NCBI GenBank assembly: GCA_000996895.1
Contig: LCBB01000005.1
Location: forward strand, 11,421 to 75,420
Source of the DNA: a candidate division WWE3 bacterium GW2011_GWC2_41_23
Lineage (GTDB): Bacteria; Patescibacteriota; WWE3; UBA101185; UBA10185
DNA length: 64,000 nucleotides
Direction of reading: 5' to 3'
Below, one piece after another: positions 1 to 9,488 of the stretch (within the stretch, counting starts at the first letter, position 1; the number at the start of each line of letters is the position of its first letter). Under the pieces are notes generated by a model, which saw nothing but the letters and a program-made list of their open reading frames with translations, was not told where the DNA came from and searched no databases. The position numbers and the translations under genes are program-made.

Positions 1-834
1 TGCAGAGATTGCCGCTAAGCCGCTCTCGATTATCCTTAAAATACCGTTGATTCTCTCAAGAAGGTCTTCTTGGGTTGAAACAGAAAAGTCCTCATCTTTT
101 AGTTCTTTCAGAAGCGAATGTCTTATTTCATCTTTTATTGTATTCACATCTTGCCCGTCCCCTGCTTTTATTACTATGGAGCCAATGTTTTTCATATTAA
201 ACTCTGTTTCTACGGTTGTGTACGGAATGTAAGTAAAATTATCGTAATTCGGACTTTTCTCTTCGAGAACTCCGAGGACTAAATACGAAGATCCGTCAAT
301 TTGTATTTTTTCTCCTACGGGATTCCGGGAGTTGAATAGTTCTTCCTGAACTTTTGATCCTATAATCGCAACCCGCGCTTTTGCATCCATCTCCGCCCTT
401 GTGTAGAATCGGCCTTTTGCTATCTTCAGGTTAAAAATATTAAGCACGTTGTCATTAATACCTCCAACTGCCCCATAAAATGTTTTTGTTTTGTACACAA
501 CTTTTTTTGAAAGTTCGTACCAGGGTGTTATGGACTCGATTTTATTTCCCAGATCCGTTTGAATTCTTTCCACATGGTGATATTTGAGTTTATTGCCTGT
601 AAAATTTCTGGAAGGGTCGCCCGTGAAATCTATTTTCCCCGGCATTACAAAAAGAAGATTAGACCCCAGAGCATCGAACTCATTTTTAACGTAATTTTGA
701 AACCCCCTGACTATAGAAATTAGCGTAGCTACAGCAAAAACTCCTATTATTACCCCGAGCATCGTGAGAAAGCTTCTCACCTTGTTTTTTTGGAGGGACA
801 AAAATGCTGTTTTGGCTGTTTGAGTTATTGTCAC
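1..834 (-). CDS. ABC transporter permease, MacB/FtsX family (3' end outside window)
   Basis: Manual translation from GTG at 834 gives MTITQTAKTAFLSLQKNKVRSFLTMLGVIIGVFAV...LGSNLLFVMPG...GRFYT...VAIIGS, a typical MacB-like N-terminus and periplasmic core. The frame stays open to the window edge. Missing from the ORF track. Confidence 0.9.
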   Translation of the reverse strand, partial: MTITQTAKTAFLSLQKNKVRSFLTMLGVIIGVFAVATLISIVRGFQNYVKNEFDALGSNLLFVMPGKIDFTGDPSRNFTGNKLKYHHVERIQTDLGNKIESITPWYELSKKVVYKTKTFYGAVGGINDNVLNIFNLKIAKGRFYTRAEMDAKARVAIIGSKVQEELFNSRNPVGEKIQIDGSSYLVLGVLEEKSPNYDNFTYIPYTTVETEFNMKNIGSIVIKAGDGQDVNTIKDEIRHSLLKELKDEDFSVSTQEDLLERINGILRIIESGLAAISA

Positions 835-923
835 GGTATATAGTTTATCATTTTTGAGGTACTGATTTCGGGCGAAAGTGTACTTTAGGGATATATTTCA
901 GTTACTTATAATATAATAATCGT

Positions 924-2306
924 ATGAAACCATTTTGGGCTCTGGGCAGAGATGTGATTTTAGGTAGGATTAGAGATAGCCCGTTTTACGGGCTAGTAAA
1001 ATCTGTGCCATCATTATTTTTAATTATCTTTTTCCTTGCTCTTTTTTTCTATCTTGTTAATGTCCCCCGTGATTATCAGAAAAACCTGGAAACGAAAACT
1101 TATAGGCGCTTATTAACCTCATACGACATTACTTCGAATACTTTCTTACCCTACGAAATAATACGAAACCACAAGCTTTCTTTTGGAAAAGAGACTATGG
1201 CAGCCATGAGAGCTATAGAAGAAAGCAAGTTACCGCACTCGGTAATTTTTGCTGAGAGTAAGTATGTTCCGTCCTATCCGATTGTGTCCGGTCTGATGGC
1301 AGTTCCTGTATACTTTGTCCCTCTTGTGTTAGGAAAAATTCCGAATTTAGATACCGTGCAGCGAATTTTAGGTGTTCTTTTGCTGGGTCGCATAGCGGCC
1401 TCGTTCTATACAGCAATTTCAGTAGGAATCTTTTATTTAATCATCAGAAAATTTTCTACCACCAGAAAAATTAAAACAGGAGCTTGGATGTATGTGTTTA
1501 TATTTTTCTTTGCCTTTTGTACTAATGTGTACTCGATATCGAGCCGTGGTTTATGGCAACACGTTTCGGCATTACTTTTGAACTCACTGATTATTTTGTT
1601 TCTACTTTACTCTAACGAGCGGAAGTATTTGGTGAAGTGGCTAGGGTTACTCTGTGGGTTGGCTTTTCTAGCCCGACCGACAAATGTTTTTTTCATTTTA
1701 CCTGTCGCTCTTATTGTCTTTTTAAGATTTAGGAGTGAGTTTGTGAAGTTCGTGGCTATGGGTGCCCCTATAGCAATATTTTATCTTTCTTACAACTACC
1801 TTGTATTTGGATCTCCCATTACAAATGAATACATAGCTAGAAATGACACCACCTTTTCTACTCCTGTGTGGGTTGGTTTATTTGGTTATATGTTTAGTCC
1901 TGCCAGAAGCTTTTTATTTATCACTCCCCCACTAGTTTTAAGCTATCTTGGTATGTGGAAGTTATTTAAGTCCAGATCAAGAGATTATGTAGATACAATT
2001 CTTTTATATTTAAGCGTCGCTTTTCTTGCTACTCTTGTGATGTATTCGACATGGTGGTGTTGGTACGGAGCGGACAGATTTGGGTACGGCTTTTTTACAG
2101 AGTGGATCCCTGTTCTTACTTTGCTAACTTATCCTTTAGCTATAAAGATAAAAGGAATAGGCCGGTTTATCCTTGTATTACTAATTGCGTATTCGTTTTA
2201 CACGCAATTTAATGCAGTAATTTACCGAAAAAGTAGATGTAATATGAATCATAATTGGGATTTTTATTGCTTAAAACCCGGTATGTTTTCAGAGCAAGAG
2301 TACTGA
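924..2306 (+). CDS. multi-pass membrane glycosyltransferase, GT-C/ArnT-like
   Basis: 460 aa with many TM segments and SRGLWQH, GLAFLARPTN and WWCWYG motifs. TATAAT lies 6 nt before the ATG. Confidence 0.65.
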   Translation: MKPFWALGRDVILGRIRDSPFYGLVKSVPSLFLIIFFLALFFYLVNVPRDYQKNLETKTYRRLLTSYDITSNTFLPYEIIRNHKLSFGKETMAAMRAIEESKLPHSVIFAESKYVPSYPIVSGLMAVPVYFVPLVLGKIPNLDTVQRILGVLLLGRIAASFYTAISVGIFYLIIRKFSTTRKIKTGAWMYVFIFFFAFCTNVYSISSRGLWQHVSALLLNSLIILFLLYSNERKYLVKWLGLLCGLAFLARPTNVFFILPVALIVFLRFRSEFVKFVAMGAPIAIFYLSYNYLVFGSPITNEYIARNDTTFSTPVWVGLFGYMFSPARSFLFITPPLVLSYLGMWKLFKSRSRDYVDTILLYLSVAFLATLVMYSTWWCWYGADRFGYGFFTEWIPVLTLLTYPLAIKIKGIGRFILVLLIAYSFYTQFNAVIYRKSRCNMNHNWDFYCLKPGMFSEQEY

Positions 2307-2314
2307 CAAGATAA

Positions 2315-3328
2315 TTACAGAAACTCAAAAGTTCTCAGCATTTCCTCGTACGCACCCATGTAAGCACTTTTGCTGTTCTCACCCACAAACCTATATCTTA
2401 AAGAATACTTCGTACCGTCCTTAATAAATTCCGTCATTACGGCGTTTACTCCTTCGTAGCCATACTCATATCTGATGGCATTTTGTTCTGCAACAATTGT
2501 GTCTACTTTATTGGGTATTTTTGATGTTATTGGGTTATTTGAAAGGTCTTCGTTAATAGTTGCGACGGTAGTTTTCTTTGTATACACTGCAAGTTCAGCT
2601 CCCTCTTCCAGCACCGGGAAGCCCTCGGATATTTGATAATCAGGACTGGTAACTACCACACCGTTAATTTCTTTAGATAATTTCCATCCATTTGGATATG
2701 TAAAATTAAACACCCCTCCCATTTCCGGAACTTCAGCTCCTTCCCCGACTTGAACTGTTTGTAAAACTTTTAAGGTTTTTAAAATTTTCTCCGCCGCTAT
2801 TTTGTTTTCTGCTGTTCCCTGTGAAACGGCGATTCTTAAAATACGCCCGTTAAGCAAAAGGGAGTAGATGTAGTTTGGTCTCTCGCCTTTTTGCTGGGCT
2901 TCATAACCTTGTAATGGTCCTGCAGAAAATTCCTTAACATTCATATAGTTTTCAGTGTCGATTTTCATTTCGGCAATATCGTCCAGTATAATTTCCGGAA
3001 GATCGGGCTGGTACAAACCATATATTTGAAAGTCACCAGTGGATGGTCCGCCTTCGTATCCGTAATTCTGAATGTAAAAATTGTAGGATTCTAACTTTCC
3101 CGTTTCTGCATTAAAATTCGGAGATTTTATAACGTGAAGTTCCTGCGGGACCGTTAAAGAAATTCCCAACTCTTCGAAAATGTATTCCTTTTCGTTATTT
3201 AAGGTTTCGCTGGTATCGTTTTTAGTTGTAGGTACGGTCTCTTCTTTTGTAGAAAGTTTTATGTAAAGAAAGACAGACCCAAGTACAAGTAATAAAACAC
3301 CCATTACCGTAAAGAGAATTTTTTTCAT
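2315..3328 (-). CDS. membrane-anchored surface protein, possible PsbP-like domains
   Basis: N-terminal TM anchor plus ISLTVP and FNFTYPNGW motifs with C-terminal ILKTLKV / MLRTFEF, as in CPR PsbP-like proteins. Confidence 0.45.
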   Translation of the reverse strand: MKKILFTVMGVLLLVLGSVFLYIKLSTKEETVPTTKNDTSETLNNEKEYIFEELGISLTVPQELHVIKSPNFNAETGKLESYNFYIQNYGYEGGPSTGDFQIYGLYQPDLPEIILDDIAEMKIDTENYMNVKEFSAGPLQGYEAQQKGERPNYIYSLLLNGRILRIAVSQGTAENKIAAEKILKTLKVLQTVQVGEGAEVPEMGGVFNFTYPNGWKLSKEINGVVVTSPDYQISEGFPVLEEGAELAVYTKKTTVATINEDLSNNPITSKIPNKVDTIVAEQNAIRYEYGYEGVNAVMTEFIKDGTKYSLRYRFVGENSKSAYMGAYEEMLRTFEFL

Positions 3329-3382
3329 GAGATGAGTATATAAAATGAATGGCGATTTGGCTAATCTAAAATTTCCGCAGAT

Positions 3383-4078
3383 TTATTCGGATTTGAGAAG
3401 CGCAACTTCTTCTCCGGTCAGAAGTCTATGAGAACCTATTCTTAAACTACCCAATTTTACAGGACCGATTTCAGTTCTGTGTAGTGCGCTCACGGTGAGT
3501 CCTACACTTTTGCACATTTCTCTTAGTTGTCTTTTCATTCCCTGAAAAATAGTAATCATAAACGAGTTGTACCCGATTCGTTCGGTATTAGCGGGAAGCG
3601 TTTTTTTACTGTAGATGGAAACACCGGTTGAAAGTTTTTCAAGCTGTTCGTCGGTAACAGGTTCTTCGGTAGTTACTTCATATACTTTGGGCAAATGGTA
3701 CTTAGGATGGGTAAGCTTAAGAGCCAGGTCTCCGTCGTTGGTTAATATAATGAGACCGGTGCTGTTTCGATCGAGCCTTCCTATGGGAAATAATCGTTGT
3801 TCTGACTTAACCATATCCACTACGTTTCTGCGTCCGAACTCATCTTTTGCGGTAGATATTACGCCGAGCGGTTTATTTAATGCGAAGTATTCGTATCTAT
3901 CGCTGGGGTACAGTTCTTCATCTTTATAAGTAACGGTGTCTTTATCAGGGTCTACCATATCTCCGAGTTTTGCAGGGCGTCCGTTTATACGTACTCCCCC
4001 ACTAAGAAGTATTTCGTCGCTTCTTCTTCTGGAGCCTATACCGCAAAGTGCCAAGTATTTGTTGATTCTGATTTGCAT
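3383..4078 (-). CDS. rRNA pseudouridine synthase, RsuA/RluB family
   Basis: S4 domain (RINKYLA..G..SRR), NKPLG, catalytic GRLD and LHRTEIGP. Confidence 0.95.
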   Translation of the reverse strand: MQIRINKYLALCGIGSRRRSDEILLSGGVRINGRPAKLGDMVDPDKDTVTYKDEELYPSDRYEYFALNKPLGVISTAKDEFGRRNVVDMVKSEQRLFPIGRLDRNSTGLIILTNDGDLALKLTHPKYHLPKVYEVTTEEPVTDEQLEKLSTGVSIYSKKTLPANTERIGYNSFMITIFQGMKRQLREMCKSVGLTVSALHRTEIGPVKLGSLRIGSHRLLTGEEVALLKSE

Positions 4079-4198
4079 GGTTGTATTGTACCAGTTGTTC
4101 TATTGGATTGGTCCCGGATAAACGGCCATGGGGGATAAGTGTGGTTTACTGTTGTTGAAGATAATTGTTACTTTTATTTAGATATGTGAGAAAATGTA

Positions 4199-4948
4199 AT
4201 GGTGACTTCTAAGGAAATCGAAAAAATGGCAAGTATGGAAGATGAGTATTGGTGGCATATAGGTAAAAGGTATTTAGTTAACTCACTAATTGAGCGGCAT
4301 TTCGGGAACAAAAAAAATCTTAATATTCTCGATGTCGGCTGCGGAACCGGCGCTCTCGCTCACTTTTTAACTAAATTTGGAGACGTTACGGGTTTTGATA
4401 TGTCGCCGGACGCAATTGAGTTTTGTAAACACAAAGGACTAAGCAATGTTTTTGTACAGGATGTTTCTAAACTTGAGGGAGAGAAACACGCCCGAAAATT
4501 TAATCTAATCGTCGCGTTGGATGTGCTGGAACATGTGCAAGACGATATATTGGTTATGCAGAAAATTCGCGAAATGCTCTCCGACGACGGTTTGTTTTTT
4601 GTGAACGTGCCTGCTCATAAATTTTTGTGGAGTGAGCACGACGAGGCTCTTGAACATAAACGTCGCTATCACCGTCTGGAGCTAACCAAAAAGCTTAATG
4701 ACGCGGGTTTTAAAATTGTTTCAAACTCTTACTTTGTTACCGTTATCTCACCCTTAATAATTTTGTATAGAGCGTGGGGTAACATTTTTGGTAAATCCGC
4801 GTATCCTAAGACGTCTTATGTGTTATTGCCTAAGATGTTAAATGATTTTTTGGTTACTTTACTAAAAATTGAAACCTGGATTTTACTAAAAACATTTATA
4901 CCGTTCGGGGTTACCTTAAACGTGGTAGCGCGGAAGAACAAAGTCTAG
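4199..4948 (+). CDS. class I SAM-dependent methyltransferase
   Basis: ILDVGCGTG, LDVLEH and VPA..LWSEHD...H.RRY motifs. Confidence 0.9.
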   Translation: MVTSKEIEKMASMEDEYWWHIGKRYLVNSLIERHFGNKKNLNILDVGCGTGALAHFLTKFGDVTGFDMSPDAIEFCKHKGLSNVFVQDVSKLEGEKHARKFNLIVALDVLEHVQDDILVMQKIREMLSDDGLFFVNVPAHKFLWSEHDEALEHKRRYHRLELTKKLNDAGFKIVSNSYFVTVISPLIILYRAWGNIFGKSAYPKTSYVLLPKMLNDFLVTLLKIETWILLKTFIPFGVTLNVVARKNKV

Positions 4949-4979
4949 ACCACAAAGGCACATATTGTTTTATACAATA

Positions 4980-6980
4980 TTACTGTAACTCTATTTCTCT
5001 GATAATAAATGTAGGGTATCCAATATTTACCGGCCATACAGGAATACTTCTTGGTATAGGAAAAACATTTTTACCGCTATCTTTAATTAACGGGTAATTA
5101 GATTTGCCCGGAGGAATTTGTATCGTTTTGTTAATTTCCTCGATCTTTCCGTCAGGAAACTCAAATGTCAAAATTAATGTTTTAGTTTGAGTTACGGTAG
5201 ATAAATTTTCGAATTCAACACGCCCACTGCGTACACAATAAAAAAACGATACTTGATCGTAAAGACAATTTCCGGATATGTGAAAAAAAACATCCGTAGG
5301 ATCATAAAATATTTTGTTGGAAGTAGCGTAGGTTTTTAGATTATAGTAGTTGTATTCTTTTTTTGAATCCTGTAATGGGTTTAGGACAAGTTCCTTCTCA
5401 ATAGACGCAACTTCCGATGAGTCTAATTCTTTTGTCGCAATCAAAAGACCGGTGAACCCCTCACTAACTATCTTCTTAAGAAAATCTTTTGTTTCCAGCT
5501 GATCGATGCCGTGTTGCCAAAAGTTTGCCGCCCGCCATTTTTCCGCTCCGGCACTCCACGTCACGGTATCGGTAAGAAGTGCGACGCGCATCAGTTTTTT
5601 ATCTACACCCTCCGGGTATTGACCGAGGGGAAGCGTGTATATTTTAGCGTTTTCGCCGGCAACGTTTTCGATTTCAGCCGCATATTTTATTAATTGCCTG
5701 TATTCTTCCGCCCCGCGCATAAAATTTTGCATCACGCCAAGAGAAACCTGGTCAAAAAGCGCGATAGGAAGAATTGCCCAGGCTGCTAACGAGGCAAATT
5801 TCTGTGAATTAATCCGTTCAATTATTAGACCTAAGGCGACGAGTGAGATAAAAGCAATAAAGACACTTATCCTGTTCATGGATCTAAACGTTGGGTTTAC
5901 GTAAGTAGAAATAATTACGGCGAATCCCCCCACAGTTGCGAACAACACAGCTGCCAGATTAAAAAGTCCCAGTATATCTAGTTTCGTCTCTGATGTTTTT
6001 TCTATTTTAAGTAACCCGTGTTTGAAAATTGCCCAAAGTATAAGAAAAATAAACCCAAAAGTAGCTGTTAATCCCAAAGCGGCGTACTGATTTTCATTTG
6101 TCACTGCTGATCCGTAGTTCATATAACGTTTTTGTATTTTGTTGAAAATACTTAAGTTGTGATCTTCGAATGGAAGAACAAGCTGAGTAATTTTTAGACC
6201 ATATGTTTCAGTATCGCTTGCCAACCTGACTGTAGTGTTTAAGTTCATGCCATATTTTTGTGTGTATGCCAATGTAGGGAGGTAGTTTATGAAAAAGAAA
6301 AAGGAGGAGAGGGCAAGAAATCCGACTAAACTTATAAGAAGTTTTTTATTCCATTTTTTAAATAAAGCCAGTAGACCACCCAATGTTACAAAAAAGAAAG
6401 AAATAAATGTGTAGTAAGCACCGCTCGACGCAATCAGCAGCGCAATCACAACAGTTTCCGGCCATTTTGACGGGTTATTAGATGCAAAACGGTACGCTAC
6501 ATACATTGCTAACGGTACGACAAAATAACCTGCAAGGAACAAGTGGTTCACTCCTCTTAGAAAGTGATAGGGTAAAAACGCGTACACAATAGATAATGGC
6601 AGTGCGGTGTGTGTTTTTAACCCCAACCGTTTCATTACAAATAAAGAAACTAGGCTAATCATTGGAAAAGATAGGATGAAAAATGCGTTTACGCTCTCGT
6701 ACCAATTAAGCCCCAGCATTATGAACAGCTTTATAAGTAAAAGATGCACGGTTTCAGTAAGTGGGAAATCATAGAGCGTTTGCCCTGTCGGAGCACCGAA
6801 CCTGGGGTTTGTTGCCCACCGGCCTGTTTCTTCAATATTTTTCGCAAAGTTGTAGTGAACAATAGCATCGCCGGTGTAATTTAGCGGTAACGTTGGGTTA
6901 ATGTTAAATATGCGAAAAACGGCCAACACCAGGATTATGCTAAGTGACGCTGCGAGAAGATATGGCGTAGCTTTACTCAT
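4980..6980 (-). CDS. large integral membrane protein, putative GT-C/YfhO-like glycan transferase
   Basis: 666 aa with about 13 TM segments, GD..HY, YAFLPYH and FRSMNR motifs, and a soluble C-terminal domain. Confidence 0.55.
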   Translation of the reverse strand: MSKATPYLLAASLSIILVLAVFRIFNINPTLPLNYTGDAIVHYNFAKNIEETGRWATNPRFGAPTGQTLYDFPLTETVHLLLIKLFIMLGLNWYESVNAFFILSFPMISLVSLFVMKRLGLKTHTALPLSIVYAFLPYHFLRGVNHLFLAGYFVVPLAMYVAYRFASNNPSKWPETVVIALLIASSGAYYTFISFFFVTLGGLLALFKKWNKKLLISLVGFLALSSFFFFINYLPTLAYTQKYGMNLNTTVRLASDTETYGLKITQLVLPFEDHNLSIFNKIQKRYMNYGSAVTNENQYAALGLTATFGFIFLILWAIFKHGLLKIEKTSETKLDILGLFNLAAVLFATVGGFAVIISTYVNPTFRSMNRISVFIAFISLVALGLIIERINSQKFASLAAWAILPIALFDQVSLGVMQNFMRGAEEYRQLIKYAAEIENVAGENAKIYTLPLGQYPEGVDKKLMRVALLTDTVTWSAGAEKWRAANFWQHGIDQLETKDFLKKIVSEGFTGLLIATKELDSSEVASIEKELVLNPLQDSKKEYNYYNLKTYATSNKIFYDPTDVFFHISGNCLYDQVSFFYCVRSGRVEFENLSTVTQTKTLILTFEFPDGKIEEINKTIQIPPGKSNYPLIKDSGKNVFPIPRSIPVWPVNIGYPTFIIREIELQ

Positions 6981-7056
6981 ATACTTTTAACTATAATTTA
7001 TTTTAGGCAAAAAGGAAGTTTGGTGACGGGTGTGGTGGATTGTTTGTCTATTTATT

Positions 7057-7391
7057 TGGTGGGCGAGAAGGGAGTCGGTAACATGTCTTTCATCTGTAAG
7101 TCACTACGTTCCTAACATACGAAAGCACGCTACCCCGCCTCAGTCGCTAACGCTCCTTCCGGCATTCGCCTCCCTACTAGTCAAAAACAAAATCTGCTGG
7201 CATTAAGCCAGCATATTTTCTTTGGTGGGCGAGAAGGGAGTCGGTCACCGGTTCGCAACTGCTGTTGCGTCCGTCGACCCCGGCTCGGCACCGCCGTGCC
7301 TGCGCCATTCGACTCTTCTACCCTATCAAAAAAAATGTCCGCAAATCCTGCGGACTTTCGGCCATTTTTCTGGTGGGCGAGAAGGGAGTCG
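7057..7391 (-). repeat. three copies of the 21-bp tRNA-Leu 3' end with structured spacers
   Basis: TGGTGGGCGAGAAGGGAGTCG occurs at 7057-7077, 7223-7243 and 7371-7391. The last copy is the tRNA itself. Confidence 0.9.
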
Positions 7392-7456
7392 AACCCTTAT
7401 ATCCTTGCGGACAAAAGATTTTAAGTCTTTCGTGTATACCATTCCACCACTCGCCC
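7371..7456 (-). tRNA. tRNA-Leu(TAA)
   Basis: Reverse complement GGGCGAGTGGTGGAATGGTATACACGAAAGACTTAAAATCTTTTGTCCGCAAGGATATAAGGGTTCGACTCCCTTCTCGCCCACCA has a long variable arm, GGTTCGA T-loop and encoded CCA. Confidence 0.95.
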
Positions 7457-7561
7457 AAATCACCTAACATTTTATCTTGATATTACGTTCCCGTGAAGCG
7501 TCTTTTTTTGAAAAAGAAGGCGACACAGACAGATGTCGCCTTTTCGGCAATACGGTTTCAG

Positions 7562-8017
7562 TTACAGAGTGGGAGAAAGAACTGCCGTTGCAATTCTAAT
7601 CGCCTCATCCAGGTCCGCGACGACAAATCCTGAGACTTCATCAATCATTGAGTGGTAATGAATATTATCCTTTTCCATGACTACTATAATAGGTTTTCGC
7701 CAGGCATCAGCCCATGCAATTTCCATTACGGACCCGATAGATACTTTAGTAGCTCCGAGGAAGTTTACTAAGATCATATCGCATCTCATAACATCGGCAC
7801 GGTCCCGGCAGACAATTCCTTTTGGGGTGCTCAGGGGATGTTCCTGATAGGAGTCTTTTATAGTTGTTTCATTTGCAAGGTACTTTTTTCCACGTATTGG
7901 GGAGACTGCTTTAATGTATTGAGGAAGCTTACTCGATACATATTCTCTCCAGTCGGTACATTCTGCATAAGAAACACCTGTGATTGGACCGGCACAATAG
8001 AGCAAGAATTCTTTCAT
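7562..8017 (-). CDS. nucleoside 2-deoxyribosyltransferase-like protein
   Basis: YCAGPITG, RDRADVMRCD and SIGSVMEIAWA motifs. It has an AGGAGAG SD and a downstream hairpin GGCGACA..TGTCGCC (about 7518-7541). Confidence 0.75.
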   Translation of the reverse strand: MKEFLLYCAGPITGVSYAECTDWREYVSSKLPQYIKAVSPIRGKKYLANETTIKDSYQEHPLSTPKGIVCRDRADVMRCDMILVNFLGATKVSIGSVMEIAWADAWRKPIIVVMEKDNIHYHSMIDEVSGFVVADLDEAIRIATAVLSPTL

Positions 8018-8122
8018 TTTATCTCTCCTTTTTATTAGTAGCTTTGAGCAGTGGGTGTCGGGACAGTTTGTTTAAGACAGATTATTGCCTAAAGTAATCC
8101 ACAGATTCATAAAACGGATCTA

Positions 8123-8198
8123 TGGTGCCCCCGGAGGGAGTCGAACCCCCAACCTCTTCCTTAGAAGGGAATTGCTCTATCCTTTGAGCTACGAGGGC
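8123..8198 (-). tRNA. tRNA-Arg(TCT)
   Basis: Reverse complement GCCCTCGTAGCTCAAAGGATAGAGCAATTCCCTTCTAAGGAAGAGGTTGGGGGTTCGACTCCCTCCGGGGGCACCA. Confidence 0.95.
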
Positions 8199-8291
8199 GT
8201 AGCAACATTGTATTTATACTATCAAGGAAGTTACCCGGAGCCTACGGTTTACAACTCGCCCGCCGGGCGCTCAAGTGATATCATCATTAGT

Positions 8292-8615
8292 ATGATTCAA
8301 AAAATAATAAGCCTTCTCAATCCGTGGGTAATATTTGGTTTTGCCGCGCAGTTTGTGTTTTTCCTGAGGTTTGCTTACCAATGGTATGTGTCCGAAAAAA
8401 AGAAGGAAAGCGTTATTCCAATCGGATTTTGGTATCTCAGCCTGGTCGGGACAATTATGATACTCGCCTACTCTATTTATAGAAAAGACATTGTATTTTC
8501 AACAGCATCCGTGCTTAACGCAATGATTTATATACGTAATCTTGCTTTAATTTCTGCAAAGAAAAAGAAAGCTAACGATTCCGCAGCAAACACGAGTACT
8601 CCTGAAACAGTGTAA
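8292..8615 (+). CDS. lipid A biosynthesis N-terminal (LAB_N)-domain membrane protein
   Basis: GFAAQFVFFLRF..QWY.SEKKKESVIP..FWYLSL.G. Start moved to ATG 8292 because the track extension overlaps tRNA-Arg. Confidence 0.85.
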   Translation: MIQKIISLLNPWVIFGFAAQFVFFLRFAYQWYVSEKKKESVIPIGFWYLSLVGTIMILAYSIYRKDIVFSTASVLNAMIYIRNLALISAKKKKANDSAANTSTPETV

Positions 8616-8630
8616 TTTGGGGATATTTAA

Positions 8631-8705
8631 TGGAGCGGCGGACCGGGTTCGAACCGGCGACCTTCTCCTTGGAAGGGAGACATTCTACCACTGAACTACC
8701 GCCGC
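8631..8705 (-). tRNA. tRNA-Gly(TCC)
   Basis: Reverse complement GCGGCGGTAGTTCAGTGGTAGAATGTCTCCCTTCCAAGGAGAAGGTCGCCGGTTCGAACCCGGTCCGCCGCTCCA. Confidence 0.95.
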
Positions 8706-8743
8706 ATAATTACCTGACTATTCTACATTTTCCCGGCTTCCGG

Positions 8744-9193
8744 CTACTCCACCCTCTTCAACAAATCTTTTTTCTTCTTTTCGTATTCCTTTTTACTTAT
8801 TTTTCCGCGGTTTAGCAATTCTCTATATCTGTTTAATCCCTTTTCGTAAATGTTCATCTTCGATTTGTCGAATTCCCCTTCAGGATGCAGTTTGGAGTGG
8901 GCATGGTAAAGTTTTTGATCTAATATTTTTTTGGCTTTAACGCCCGTCTTCTTGCCTAAAAATTTCACAATCAGGTCGTCAGTGCCCGTAGTTACAATTT
9001 CCAGGTGTGCAAACAGGAGAGAATGATGGAGCGTGGACTGCGCTATTTGATTGTAGGAAATGGTGACTTCTCTTACGATAAACCACTTTCTTTTGCGGTA
9101 AGTCAAAAGGTCGTCGTAAATATAAAGCTCGGGCGGCCAAATGGTACGGTTCAACGTCGGGTTACCCCTGAGCTTCAATAGTAGTATTGACAT
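8744..9193 (-). CDS. bacterial PH-like domain protein with C-terminal SHOCT motif
   Basis: C-terminal LLNRGKISKKEYEKKKKDLL matches the SHOCT pattern. The N-terminal part is beta-rich and PH-like. Confidence 0.6.
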   Translation of the reverse strand: MSILLLKLRGNPTLNRTIWPPELYIYDDLLTYRKRKWFIVREVTISYNQIAQSTLHHSLLFAHLEIVTTGTDDLIVKFLGKKTGVKAKKILDQKLYHAHSKLHPEGEFDKSKMNIYEKGLNRYRELLNRGKISKKEYEKKKKDLLKRVE

Positions 9194-9206
9194 TACTTAC
9201 ATAATC

Positions 9207-9422
9207 CTAGAAAGTGTCGGAAAAATCAACGTCTCTTTCAAGTTCGGGTATGTAGTCGACATCTGCGGGAGCGGGTATTTTCTTTTTCTTTTTATTTTCG
9301 AGAACGGAGAGTACTTCGGGGTCAAGCTCTGCAGCCGGCGCAGTCTCGGGAGATTCGGCGTCCCCCTCTAAAATTATTGGTTCCCCGTCTTTTTTTAATG
9401 GATTTTTTTTATTTTTGGGCAT
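9207..9422 (-). CDS. small charged hypothetical protein
   Basis: 71-aa ORF, co-oriented with and closely spaced to its neighbour. Confidence 0.55.
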   Translation of the reverse strand: MPKNKKNPLKKDGEPIILEGDAESPETAPAAELDPEVLSVLENKKKKKIPAPADVDYIPELERDVDFSDTF

Positions 9423-9488
9423 ACTCTGTTAGGTTTATAAAATATATACTACCTCGGACGAAATATATATACGATGTATAATAAAATA

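Noticed and set aside
4079-4198. DnaA boxes / replication origin
   Set aside because: Only one degenerate TTATCCCC match and no cluster.
7057-7391. CRISPR array
   Set aside because: The repeats are tRNA 3' ends, the spacers are about 127-145 bp and structured, and no cas genes are in the window.
7222-7480. ORFs 7222..7467 and 7265..7480
   Set aside because: Antisense to tRNA-Leu and its repeats, so spurious.
8085-8291. N-terminal extension of the LAB_N ORF, and ORF 8630..8815
   Set aside because: They overlap tRNA-Arg and tRNA-Gly on the opposite strand.
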